In this document: positions 13,900 to 27,800 of the stretch, in pieces
How positions within the stretch are numbered: position 1 is the first letter of the stretch
How the letters are laid out: the number at the start of each line of letters is the position of its first letter
DNA from: Trichoplax sp. H2
Taxonomy: Eukaryota
NCBI GenBank assembly: GCA_003344405.1
Contig: NOWV01000144.1
Span: 62,001-126,000 of the forward strand
DNA: 64,000 bases
Reading direction: 5' to 3'
The notes under the pieces: model-generated
Told to the model about the DNA's origin: nothing
Seen by the model: the letters and a program-made list of their open reading frames with translations, nothing else
Database searches by the model: none
Program-made: the position numbers and the translations under genes

Positions 13900-14480
13900 T
13901 CTAGGCGTATATCGTCCAATAGCTGAAAGCGAAACCGAATTTCTGGCAATAACAGCAATCAATAAATCATCTTATCATTCTAATAGATCATCCTTGCCAA
14001 GAATAACATCGCTATTAGCGTAACAAGTTGAATTCATGGACGCCACTCTCAACATCATCGCTGTCATGGAGGACATTGAATGGCCACTGACTAGGCAAAA
14101 AATTATACTGAAAATTTTTCCGGTCTTGTCGTCCACGGTACGATACCGTACCGTAGCAAGTACTGTAATCTACGGTCCAAAGCTGAACCGAAAGCGTCTG
14201 GATTTCACTGTAAGACATCAACAAAGGAAGGAAGATTCCTCCTCGCAAAATTGTTGACGCCATTTTGTTGAAAAAAATGAAATGGATTGATCTTCATTTA
14301 TTGCTATATTTGGCAGACTAACAGAGCAGTCACTATGGAATCATGAGAATTGGTGCTTTTATACGTGTCACTGCCCCTAAAATAGGCTATCATCTCTCTC
14401 TTAGCTGGAAGAAAGGGAATGGCGACGACTAATGATTGCCCAAAATGGGCTGGCTAGCGACAGTATTGGACTCAGGAGGA
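13900..14480. promoter_or_regulatory. Probable promoter region between the divergent USP35/38 and anoctamin genes
   Basis: Raised GC/CpG relative to the flanks; YY1-like CGCCATTTTG at 14258-14267 and AATGGCG at ~14418 in the opposite orientation; ACCGTAC cluster at 14136-14155; head-to-head gene arrangement. Confidence 0.45.
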
Positions 14481-17401
14481 CAGTATAGTGTACGGTTCAA
14501 GGTAGACGCTATACTTGAAATGACCAGCCAACGAGTCGGCCGGCTAATTTGACTCGTTGTTAACAGCCATTTTTTCTTGTAGTGTGTGGTTGATAAAAAG
14601 CCAAGCCTTCTATTAAAATATACAAGGGTAAAATGAAAGTATCGAAGAGGGCTTTTATAATCGTGTATTGCTTTGCCTACAGTACTACACAATGCATAGC
14701 AATCTACCATTGACTAAAACTCACAGTCATCGTGCAATATCAGCTGGCATACAACAAGTTTCAAGCTGAAGGTCATTCTAAGCAAGAACTTGTAACCAAA
14801 TTCTCTCGATCATGAACGTAAATTACCATAGCCTGGGTATTCTATTCATAGATTGATATTCTTATTTTCATCTTAAGTACGATGTAGATAGGAGACTTTT
14901 AAAATGTGTGAGCGGCTCTAAACGCCGTAGACAAATGTGTGAAATAAAATATCATAAAATCTCGACGTTATACTGCAAACATTTTGTTCATAGATGACAT
15001 CTGTTTTACACAGGTGACCTACGATCCCAATATTCTGCTAGCACAGTATGAGAATGTCAAATAATCGATCGATATAATCAAGCTCGCCTAGCAGTAACCA
15101 TTTTACTCACCATCGTGCTGAATAAAATTTTCAATATGAAATAAATAAGATTTATGGATATCCCCCCTCCCGATATTAATATTACTCACTTGATAATTTG
15201 ATAATTTATTCTAGACTAACAGCCTGTTTGCAATGCAGAATTTTCCAACAACGACATCGATTGCCCTGTCAGTACAGTAGCAATCAAGACGAGTAGGACA
15301 AGATGGCATCCCGCCCTTCGCGATATATACTGTTTAGACTTATCAATATACTATCCAGTAGACCAATATTATTATTATTCTATTTCAAGTTGTACGGCTA
15401 GCATTCAGCTAGTAACAAGTATCAGACAAAGTAGAATAGGATATCTACCTCGTATTTTTCCATTCATTATTGTAGTCATTTAAACCCTCCAAAGTCGGAA
15501 GGATTGGCGAGGAATTTTTTAACTGTCAGGTATCCTAATACGTGTATAATATAACTCGTATATATGATACTTGTGTAGAGTAGAAACTGGTATAAACAGT
15601 AGGCCAAATCTAAAGCATACTTCGTTAATTTCTATTAAAAGCTGATTACCGTCCATCCATAATAATCAATAGAACCAGTAAATAATACAGTAGTATTCGT
15701 ATTAAATGGTATTATGATCATCATGGTTACCATAGCTACATCTACAGTACTGTATGTTCAAAGTTAAGAAGTTCCTTCTTAACTTCGACCACTATTGATT
15801 TTATAGGTGTTGGTCTCTCCTCTGACATACTAGTATTCCGTCAGTTTATATATCATTTTAAAATCCAGGGTCGATGCAAGAATTTCTATAATATTCGTGT
15901 AGTTTTAGCTTAAAGACTTTAGATATCACTTTTTTTTACCATTTACGACTGATATTAACAATCATGACGATTCTAATTTACAGTACATTACTACAGCAAT
16001 CAACATTGTCAATATCTTCTATAATAAAAATGATGCTGGTTATGAAAATACGTACACAGACGCGTATATCTAAATAGGGATAACTAACAGTTGAATATAG
16101 CACTCCTTAGCGATCCATTCACTTTTTATACGTCAGTAGATTGGCCACAACAGTACATTTTGACTATTTCTGACTTGAAGATATTCTCTATATGGTATAC
16201 AGTAGAAATAAAGTATATTAGTGGCTCACAATCTCCTACGTGCTATATCAATGTACTTGAATAAAAAAAGGAATGGCTCGAGTCAGGAGAACATTTTATC
16301 GACTCGTAAATCCATACCTTTGGTTATAATCCAAATACCGCAAGATTTGCCCAATGCGATACAGTATAACATTTTTGGGACCTCCATTTAAAAATTATTA
16401 TTATACGTAAAATAGTGACTTTATGAAAAAATAAGAAAGTTGCTACGAGCTCGTTGATTAACCCTTTTCATAGCATATTAATACGACGAGCAAGCTTGTT
16501 TATCCTATACATTGTTCTAGGTAACAAGTGGTAATTTTATCCATTAACATTCTATACTGCTAATAAAAAATACATCAGGACTCGCCTTCATGGCCTTTAA
16601 TGTGTGGTATTGAGTAGGAACACAACGACTAACGATGGTCTGTATTATATTTAATACAAACCATGATTAGACTTTGTAATATATCCATTTTTTAACCAGT
16701 ACTGTAACTAGTATCAAGAGGTAAATATATCGTAAGCGTATAATCACTATTTTTTTAATTTTGATCAGTATCAATAGGCTTTCAAATCAATCTTTCCCAA
16801 AATAAAAGCCAATCATAGCAAAATCAACTTTCCTTAGCATAGAAAGGTGTATCTACTTCAGAAAAACCTAATTGCGATACCATAATAACAATAATTACTT
16901 TTAATTGAAGTGGAAAATTTACTATACTATACCGTATATCTTTACTATATTAGATAGATTTGTACTGAAACATCATACTATATCATACGCCAACATGACC
17001 AATATATTCTTAATTCAGTCAGGGCATCAATACAAATTGCCTTGACAATAACGACATAATAACATTATTAATTAGCATGATAAACCAATAGAATAATTTA
17101 GTCCGATATAGTATTGATAAAACTGTTTACGACGGCATCGTCATCTATTATTCAAACATTGCCATACTGTATATCATACTGTATAACAACGACTGATTCA
17201 GTATTACGAAAAAACTCACACAACTACCCATTTTTGCTGATTCTTCATCTGTAATGTTAGTAAGTAAATCAAACTTATAAGAGGAAAATTATTTCTAAAC
17301 GATAACACTACACCTGTACAAAACTTTGTCTATATCAAATTATTTATCGAGGATAAAAATTAATTTAAAAAATCGAATCATCCTAAAGATACGTATAAAT
17401 C

Positions 17402-20400
17402 ATGCCAAAAAAGTCAACAGAAAACATCGATATTGAAAAATTATATGATAAGTCCTCATATGGTAAGGGAAAACTGCCCCCACCACAAGTTCAAGTAGCC
17501 ACTGCTACAGAATTCCACGATGAAATTGCTAGTTATTCACTGGAAGAACCGACCGAACGACCCATTGATTACGTTTTAGTTTATAAAGATTGTGACGATC
17601 CAAGCAATCCAAGAGAAGTAGAAAGAGCTGAACAGAGAAAAATTTTCGAAGAGAGACTACAAGAAGATGGTTTACAAGTAACGTATGAGAAAGTTTTACA
17701 TCTCAATTTTGTTAAAATCTATTGCCCTTTTAAAAGGATGGGTAAAGAAGCGGAAAAAGTCAATTACGAAATGGATCTAGCAGGAGTAAGTATGCATGTA
17801 AACTGTCTATTCTTATCTATTATCCATCCCTTGTATCTAAGCTCTATTTTCAAATAGATTGTTGCTATTAAAAGCGCTAAATCTTAAAAACACGATACTG
17901 TATCGTCTAATCGAGTTATCAGTAGATGACTATTTGATAACATTCACAGTTTCTTAGAGTATTAATTTCATTCTGTACTATCAATTCTTTCAAGTTTATA
18001 AGTATTTTCTGTTCTTGTCAATAAATTCAGAATCAAACGATTTATTGTTAGATACAGCTAAAAAAAATATGATTTCTGTTGGTTAATCAACTCATTACCG
18101 GTAATTCGATCTTATTTTTAATACCATATTGATTTAATCCTATGTCATGATAACTTCTAGTTACAAATCAATGAGGAACCAAAAGGTTGCATTGGTAGGC
18201 TCTTCCGTACTGATGAACAAGGTTTGTAATACTGATTAATTTCTACCATTTTGATCTCCTATATAATCGAGAGATTATAGAAATACATTATCCTTGTTAA
18301 CTCTATAACAAACTTTGAAATCATTCCATTATAAAATTAATCGATTTCTATTAGATATAAATTAAACGATTACGTTGTAAATTTATGTCTAGTGGATTAT
18401 GTTAGCGCTCCATTTGTATGGAATAAGAGGCAAGCCTTCGAAGGAGTCGAAAAATCAAGATCCTTCTTTCGCAATTCTGTTCGTTCATTACTGGTTAGTT
18501 AAGCACAAGGATAGTAGCTAATGAAAAGATTTCTATTTCAGACTATTAGACTACAAATTGTATAGTAGAAATTTTCTTTAACGATCTCACTACGATAACA
18601 TTAATGCTTAACTTTAGGTCCATAATATATTGATTAATACGGACATCCGTCAAGGAGCTGATACAGAAGACAAGATAAATTGCCGGGGTATAGCAATATG
18701 GACAATTTCTATATCGAAGAATTCTACCATCGTCTAACACATGCAAACTACTTAAACAAACTTTATTTGCTGAATTTACTTTAGGCCTATTATATTTAAT
18801 CATGCAAAAAGCATATTCGGATGCATTCGTCTTGCATAATCCATTCGTAAATGGTAAAAAGGTCGCGAGTAAAATAGGAAATACTGAGCGTGAAGAATTA
18901 TATCGTTCATGGGGAAGTTGTTTCCAATTTCAGCCATTATGGAGAATTCGCAATTATTTTGGTGAAAAGATTGCCCTCTACTTTGCTTGGCTAGGTATAA
19001 TGTTACTTTTTTAATCCTCAGATAATTATTATTTAGATAGATAGATCTTTTATTAATCGTCCAATTTTTTTCTTACATAGGATTGTTAATTTCATCATTA
19101 TTTATACCCATGCTCTTTGGCGCTGGATGCATGATTTACGGTCTATACTTTAGGTATTTTACTAAAATAGACGCTAATTTATTTCATTACGGAATTGCTA
19201 GTTTTCAAGTAGAACTTCAATACTGAATTCTAATATTAAACACGTACCATTTTTATTGCTCTTTCTCTGCTATATTCATCCATTGACTGCAGCTACATAG
19301 CGCAGTACAAAAATGGTACAAATCTTGATTACACTTGGTTAAGTAAAGCTTGCGATAATGAAGTTACCCCTTATTATGGATTAGTAGTTTGCATCTGGGG
19401 TAAATATTAAGAATAATAAGCTTATAGAAGTAACCTAGAGTTATCGATTTTGTTTGGATTACCCCTAACCCAGATACAATATAACTTAAAACCAACACCA
19501 AAATAACAGAAATTAATCAAAATCACATTTGTTGTTTTTATAGGTACAATCTTTGTTGAAATGTGGAAACGAAAGTGCGCGACATTAGCCTACAAATGGG
19601 ATGTCAACAATTATGAGTTACAGGTAAAAAAATCAAATAACTAAAATTTTGATATCTATATGTCTATCCTTAATATAAAACATGCTGCGCAACATGACTG
19701 TACTAGGTTGCTAACAGTAAAGCAATAATTATAATTAGACATTTGCTTAAGTGATTCCTATTTACATCACGCGTATGTTCTATTTGGCAAAGTATACAAA
19801 ACACTGACAATCTAACGATATCTTTTATATGCTTATACAGAATTATTGTAAATAAATATTTTGTAGAATATGTGATTGTAGGGTAAGGACTAAAGATCCT
19901 TTTGCATTTTAATATCGTCTCTATCGTACTCATGCAAACTAGCCAAGCACCCGTTCAAATGAGCGAGAACGTATTCTACACAAAATACTACACTAAAACA
20001 AAATTCACAGCTAGGTTATCATACTATGTACAAATCCCTTCTTAGGTGATACCTAACCAGTTTGTTGTGTATTTTCGTTAAGCATTGAAAATTATCAATT
20101 TTCTTTTATATATTTGAACCGCATTTCGTTTAGCTTATCATATATGTAATATTACTCCCAATGAATTTTTTATCGAGTATAGCACTAAATGGAACGAACG
20201 TGAAAATTATTTATTACTACATCATAGATAAATGTCCGATGATAGTTTTTCTATTCTAAATCAGTCTTTTATTTCTGCTCATTATGATAACATAATTATA
20301 TGTAGGAACCAAATCGGCCTGAATTTTATGGAACTAAGCTTGCTAAGGTACATTTTACTAATTAATCTCTAAAGCAATGTATTGTCAACAATTTACGAAA

Positions 20401-22831
20401 ATTTAATATCGAATAATTGGATAGGATCCGGTAACTGGCGTTGAAACTCCAATTTATCCAATATCGAAGAGAATTATGAAACTTCTTGCATCTGGAGTTT
20501 GTCTACTTTTTATGGTATATGATAAATGCTCATTTTATAAGAATTCTGCGCTTTCACTTTATCCAATATATCAATTAAGTTAACTTGATGAGAATAACAC
20601 ATTTCCTTTATCTTGACCAATAAATTATTCAGGTTTTCTTGGTTATTGCTAGTGTTACAGCTGTTATTGCCTTCCGTGTCATTCTGAAAATTAATAGCCA
20701 GCTAAATTTTCAGTATAGCAATTGGTTTTTCTCCATAACTTCAAGCTTATTGAACACTATTTCTATTATGATCCTAGGACGAGTAAGAATTTTAATTCTT
20801 AATGTAGTGATTGTTTTATAGCTCTAAATGGGTTATAAAATAACCTATTTATCTTATTGTCTTTCATATCATGCCATAGATTTATTCAAAAATTGCAAAA
20901 TGGTTGAACGATTGGGGTAGGAATTTAAAATAGTAGTCTCTATTGTGTTACCGCTTCAAATTATTTAGTAATATGAATATGGCGATCGAAAACCCCATTC
21001 TGATCATTGTGGTTCGCATATTCAATTTTTAGAGAATTATCGTACTCAAACAGAATATGATGATTCGTTAATTCTAAAGACATTTGCCTTTCAATTTGTC
21101 AACTCTTATACTTCACTTTTCTATATTGCATTTTTTCGCAAGGTAAAGTGCCTTATATCGGAATAAGAATAGAATCTTTAACTCGTTTAGCTTTTAAAAT
21201 AGTTATCCTACATATAACTACCATATCGAAGACCACCTGTACCAATAATCCACTTATGCTTACTATTGCTCTTCAAATCATATTTAATAGGACATTCAGA
21301 GAGCTGGACTGTTCAATTTAGGCACTCAATATCGCGATTCTTGTGGTACTGATGATGATTGCATGTCACTATTGACGATACAAGTGGCAGTATTACTCAT
21401 AGTTAAGCCGATGCCAAAATTCTTCCGAGATATAATATTGCCGTATGTTTAATTATATCTTCTATTTATGAATTTTGGTTGTATGCAATACAATGCATCA
21501 AATCTTAACTTAAGAGCTTCTAACGTATTAATCTCTTTATAACAGATGGCTAAAGCAAATTTTTATCAACAAATGTACCAAGAAAGGAAGCGATATTCAT
21601 CCAGAAGTAGAAGAAAATGCTCTTGCAAAAGAATATTATTTATATAAAACAGAAGATTTTACAATGTCCGAATATACTGAAAAAAGTTAGTTATGAATTA
21701 CTTTCTATAAAAATAAATCTTTAATATAGTTGAAATAAGCTATTTCACGTGTTAACTCTAAATTTATTCGATTTTTCTTCATGAACTAGTTCTTATGTAT
21801 GGATATCTTATGGTATGTAGTAGCCACGATCTTTGCAATCCACTTAATTGATTAACTTTTTTATATCGACTTCTCTAGATATTGCAAATAGATGTAGCAT
21901 TTTAGGCTCTAAAATTGCTATTCTAAGATCAAAGTAATAATTTCATTTTATTTATTATATATACAGCTATTTGCTACTGCATTTCCACTGGCTCCATTAC
22001 TAGCTATACTAATCATGTCTGTAGACATGAGAATTGACTGTCGGCGTTTATTGCATTACGATCGCCGTTTACTTGCTAATCGGGCTCAGCATATTGGTAA
22101 CTATTTTAATAATCTAGTACTGATCTTTTAGCACAATTTCATACGTAAAGAATAAAGCAATTTAGAATTGTTCAGTTCTGCTGGAATGTCAATTAATGTT
22201 ATTCTTCGTTATAGGAATGTGGATGCCGATTTTGAACTTTTTGAACATTGCTGGAGTGGTCAGTAATGCTTTCTTAATCGCTTTTACCTCATCATTTGCC
22301 ACATATATCAATATCCAAACTGCTAGTGATCGAGCCTTGTGGATTGTTGTCGCCTTTGAGGTAAGCGTTTATGGTATATTGGTCCATTTTTGATCAATTA
22401 TATAAAATCTTTAAATGGTTCAAGCATACGCGTATACTTATACACCATACATATAACTAACTATAATTTACGTCTACATATTTTTTCTTCACTTTCGGCA
22501 ATTTACTTATTAGAGTGATATTAATATATCATCAATTTTTATCATAAATACAATTAGCATGGAGTATTTGCCTTAAAATACTTCCTAGCAAGTGTTATAC
22601 CTGATGTTCCATACTCTGTTCGTTTAGCGGAGAGAAAGGCGAGCTAACATTTGAAATTGGTTATTTATATGATGCTTCTACTATTGCTATTATAAAAGTA
22701 AAATTTTATCCATTTTATTACAGGAACGATATCAAGTAGAGCGCATCATGGCTTCGACTAGTGCTATTAATGATGATGAAATTCCGGTACCCAATGTCAT
22801 GCCGCAAGGAAATAATAATGATGTCGTTTAA
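17402..22831 (+). CDS. Anoctamin / TMEM16 family Ca2+-activated chloride channel or scramblase (~764 aa, 20 exons)
   Basis: Exons: 17402-17785, 18161-18221, 18393-18493, 18618-18687, 18785-18994, 19081-19153, 19293-19399, 19544-19623, 20306-20347, 20425-20514, 20633-20782, 20880-20916, 21033-21142, 21291-21442, 21546-21685, 21790-21812, 21967-22096, 22215-22360, 22558-22638, 22724-22831 (2295 nt, in frame). Motifs: IDYVLVY, QPLWRIRNYFGEKIALYFAWLG, EMWKRK, WENYRTQTEYDDSLILKTFAFQFVNSY, AFPLAPL, NAFLIAFTS, IPDVP. Confidence 0.95.
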
Positions 22832-24812
22832 TCATCATTGTTAATTAGGCAATATTCGACTATCATTACTTTGCAGCAATCTGGTATTGCGTGGATATCA
22901 TTGCTACAATCAGTTTTAAATAACCCTTCCTATTTTTATATTATATTTCAGATTGTGACAAAACTTGTCGACTAAAGACTAATACTATGAGCAGCATTAA
23001 ATATATCTATATGCCGTAACAACAAGATAATATCGAATAGAAAATGACAAGTGCGAATTTTATTTTGTCTACTTCTTAAAGAGATAATTAGTAGTAAATC
23101 AGAATCTGACGATGATAACATATTCAATAGTTAATTGCTGCTTAACCATACCATCAATGTCAATATTCTATTTATTAAAGAATTGATTTCTCGGCTGTAA
23201 CAAGAAACTTATTATGTTTACGTAACAAGATGGACTCATGACAAGAATAACGTTGTCATATATCATGGCTGTTTAGATAGCCTAGTTTATTAGTACATAT
23301 TAATAACTAATAATACAATATTACAATTTTCAATCTTCCCTGTACATTACTTCGTTCTATTACTGTTATAAATGTATATTATCTATGAATTAATTATTAT
23401 CAAAACAAACTCTTGATATATTTTTGTTCTCTCAGTATACATGTTTTAGCTTGATAGAATAATACTTATAATACATACAATACATGTACACGTAGATGTA
23501 TTTTATATCTTCAAATGGAAATTAAAGTCCATTGATGTTTCTCACCATTTTACTTGCCTAATCAAATGATATTATTGTATATCGCATCTATAATAGCACA
23601 AATTACGCAACCCTAGAATTGTATAAGATCGCAAGTAATCCGTGATCAAAAATAAAATGCGATATGATCACTTGGCATCCAATCTTCTTTATGATATAAA
23701 ATACAATAACAGTTTAGATAATAATTATTATAACAATAGAATAATATTAATAAAAAAAATTAATATTATAGACTTAAGAATAATATTAATAATAGGAATA
23801 TTATCAAGAGCAATAGCGTTAGTGATAATATAGCATAATTATAGTGTGTTAATCATGACTGCATTCTCATCATCGTTTAACGTTAGTAATAAAACAGTCC
23901 ATTAAGTGCAGCATTTGGATAGAATTATTACTACAACAATATTATTATATTATTATTATTATTATTAATATTTTAAGCGAAGCAGGCATACGCTAGTTCA
24001 ATTGCACATAATTAATGAAAGATACCCAGTGCAATATCAAACTATCAATTTTGCCGTAATAAAAAGTCTCAAAATTATCAAATTTAATTTAGTGGCCATA
24101 ACAAGTTTTTAAAAGTAGCATAAAAAGGTTAATAGTAACATAATGAAACCAAATTTGCCAACTCAGGTCAATTTTTACAATAATAATAATAATAATAAAA
24201 GTGACAATCAATCGTTGCCGTCCTCAAATATAGATTAAAGTTTTTTAAAGTATGAATAAAATGGTGGTAATAATAAATATTAGTATGACACTAAATTCGG
24301 AATTAAGTCAAGTAATGGCACGATATTTATAACCAGAATAGAATTGATAATTTCAATCAGCTAAGGTCTATAAACTGTAGTTACCGTAATTATTCTACGG
24401 AATGTAAGCAAGCACTTTATTTCCTCGAATTCAGAAACACATTTCCGACGTTATTGTCGATAGCATGGCAAAGGATTCGCATTTTTTTTTTGCAACTGGT
24501 ACTAGTAAAGAGATAGGCGAATTGTGCGACATTGATCAATAATTTCACTAACTGTAGACCTATCAGTTGTATACGTACACAAATCTTCTCCTACTAGAAT
24601 AAATATAAAATAGCCTCATCGATTTAGATTTGTTGACATATCCCCGCCGGAGTAAAAGATATCATATAAACTCATCCACCTAATGATAAATCAGATTACA
24701 ATTATAATTGTACATGATTATTATAGCAATCAAGGCAATATGTATGCCGATAATATGGATATGATCTAGATCTTTGTATCTTTCGTATGAGGCATAAATT
24801 GAACGGGACTAA

Positions 24813-27800
24813 CTATACATCTGAGCAAGGATTTATGTCTACGTAGCCAACTGGAAACTCCTCGATATTCATATCGGTATAATCCCAAGTAAATCGGTCA
24901 GTACTACCGCCGCCATTAGAGCAAGCACCATTTTCATCAACTGAACTTGTAAACGATAACGTACTTAGACTGGAGCTGTCGCTATCATGATCGGTCACCG
25001 GCCCGGCATCTTTATATATCTTGACTTCATCGACTTGCTTATTAAATATGAATCGACGATCCATCTCACGTAAGCGAAAAGCTAAAGCCGACTCAATTTT
25101 ACGTTCGAAAACGCTCTTGGTTTTACGAACTGCACGCTCACTGCTATCGCTACTTGTACATCCACCATCTGTATCGGATACTGGCAAAGGAAGGCTAAAT
25201 CGCATTCTTTGTCGCCTAGGATCCCAAGAGGAAGTTAGCCGCTGTGGGAAATCTTCACCTTGTGCGCTATGTCGATCGGGATAATGGGCATAATCTTCAA
25301 TTTGTGGCGAAGAATGTACTTCAGGCTGTGCAGAATAATTCTCGTAACGTCGATGTGATTGGCTAATCTTTGCTCTGTCTAATTGCCGACTTTGACGAGA
25401 TTTTAACATGTCACGAACACTAAACGTACTATTAGCAATTTCAGAATCATATGAAGCACTAGAAATACTGCTATTATCACTATTATTTGAATATCCAAGC
25501 GAAACTTTATTGACTTTAATATTTGGCCCATAAAATGATGACGTTGGCAATTTTCCCTTTAATTTAGATCTTCGAACTCGAGCGCATTCAGCTGATTCTG
25601 TTGCTGAATAAGAGGTATTCCAACTTGTATCTTCACCTTCAGACGATATAAAGAAACTCGCAGCATCATCTTTTAACTTAGTAGGTGAAAGATGATTATT
25701 GCTTTGTTGGCGCTGATAACTTAAAGCAGATGATCTACCACTAGAAATTTCGTTGACATTTATTCGAATCGACTTCTCTAATTCAATTTGATTTAAGGTT
25801 GTAATTTTTTTGTCCGTTTCATCGATGCTATGGTTCTTAACATCAACTTCAATCTCTGACTGACTAACATCTTCATCTTCAGAATTAGGAGCAATTGCAT
25901 CTTTTCGTGGAGATACAGGTGATTTACGCTTTTCCTTATCTTCTTTAATTTGCCTTGGAGACGCTCTACCGTTTAACGATGGCAATTGCTCACCATGTGT
26001 TGTAATAGGGGGTTGAGGATTGCTTATCGTTACTTTCTGGGTAAAATGCACTCTGCACTTTCGCCAAATAATAAAGAGACTAACCAAAACCACCCCTGCT
26101 GCTATAAATAAACTCATGCCTAATATATCCTCTAACGGCATTCCACCTGATCCAGTTAATGGTGCAAATCGGAGTTTAGGTGTTAGACATAATTCGCCTT
26201 CATAGTCAGCTGTACACTTGCAAGCAAATGATCCAGGATAGTTAATACATTGACCTTCATTATTGCACGGATTTGATAAACATTCATCAATATCTTGTTC
26301 GCAGGCAATGCCATAATAGCCAGGTTTGCACGTACAATTTGGTCTAAGATCAATATCAACACAGTTAATAGCATTAATACACGGACGATCAGCGCATTTT
26401 AACGGACAGCTTGTCATTGCGTTATTACAAATGCATCTGGATGATTTGGCATGGGTTATACAAGTAGTTAAAATATTGCAAAGTTGGCTACCACATGGAT
26501 ATGCAAACATTTTTTCACAATGGCGACCAGAGTAAGCACTATTGCACTGACATTTAGGACCATTCACTGTGCTAACACAAGTACCATTATTGTAGCATGG
26601 ATGAATGGAACAATAATCTATTTTAGCCTCACAAAATTCACCAGTATAAGGTGGATAACACTGGCATCCAACATAGGTTGCGTTTTCGATACACTGACCT
26701 CGACTACCGCAAGGATCTTGTTCGCAAGAATTAGTTATTAATGATCCATTTCCACAATTAGGTCCAAAATAGCCCCCCGGGCACTCGCATCGATATGAAT
26801 TCCAGCCACTGACACAAACAGAATGATTTGATGGGCATGGTTGTAATAAGCATAAGTCTGATGATAGACATCCCTTCTCAATATTTTGCATATAATCACT
26901 GGATTGAATATTTTTACCCCATGGTGACATTAAATTGTCATTTATTTCAAAGTCTTGTATACAACCTACAAAATTTCTTGCTTGGATTAACCTAGATAAT
27001 GGACTATTGGCAGATTGTAAAGCTGCAGTACCAAGTAAAACATATCCAGATTCCATATCCTCGATTCGGAATGCACCGTTGACTAAAGTTGATGCCGTAT
27101 TTAAGCCCATATCAAGTTTTAGAATTAACTTTCTCCCACTTTGTGTTAATTGCAATTGATGCCATTGACCATCATTAAATGTAATCCAGTTTATCGTAAT
27201 AGTTTGTATTAGCTCGTTATATTTACATACAATGCGGATATAGCCACCCATTAACTGTAAAAGATAATATATCATTTCAGCAATTATCCAACAACGATGC
27301 ATGCACTACTTTTTTTTTTTAATTTTCTTATAAATATTGGACATCGCTTATTTTCAAAATAAAAGATTTAGACCTACAAGAGACTCGTTGCATCACTATA
27401 ACTCTTGTTGACAAAGCAAGTTTATAATTACTACTCACCATAACAGCAAGGGTATCCAGTTTATTACCAATATATATCAAAGTCGCATTCTCTTCTACAG
27501 TTCTAAATTTGAGTTTTAGCGATAGCAAAGGTTGATACAGTAACGACTTATCCAATGTATATCGTATAAGACTTTTGCTGGTAAACGAGATAGCTTTATC
27601 TAGGACCAATGGGGTAAAGAGAACATTAATATCACACCAAAGAGATCTACTAGGTATCTTCATTGCTATGTTGCCAGTTTATATTGACTACAGTTTATAT
27701 ATGAGTAATATCGAATTTAACATGATATTCATACATTTTGCTGACAAGAAAACTAATTAATATGAGCTTTAATATTTATTCTTATATGACTATTTCGGTC

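Noticed and set aside
23642..23833. 63-aa I/N-rich ORF between anoctamin and Fat
   Set aside because: AT-rich low-complexity 3' UTR/intergenic DNA.
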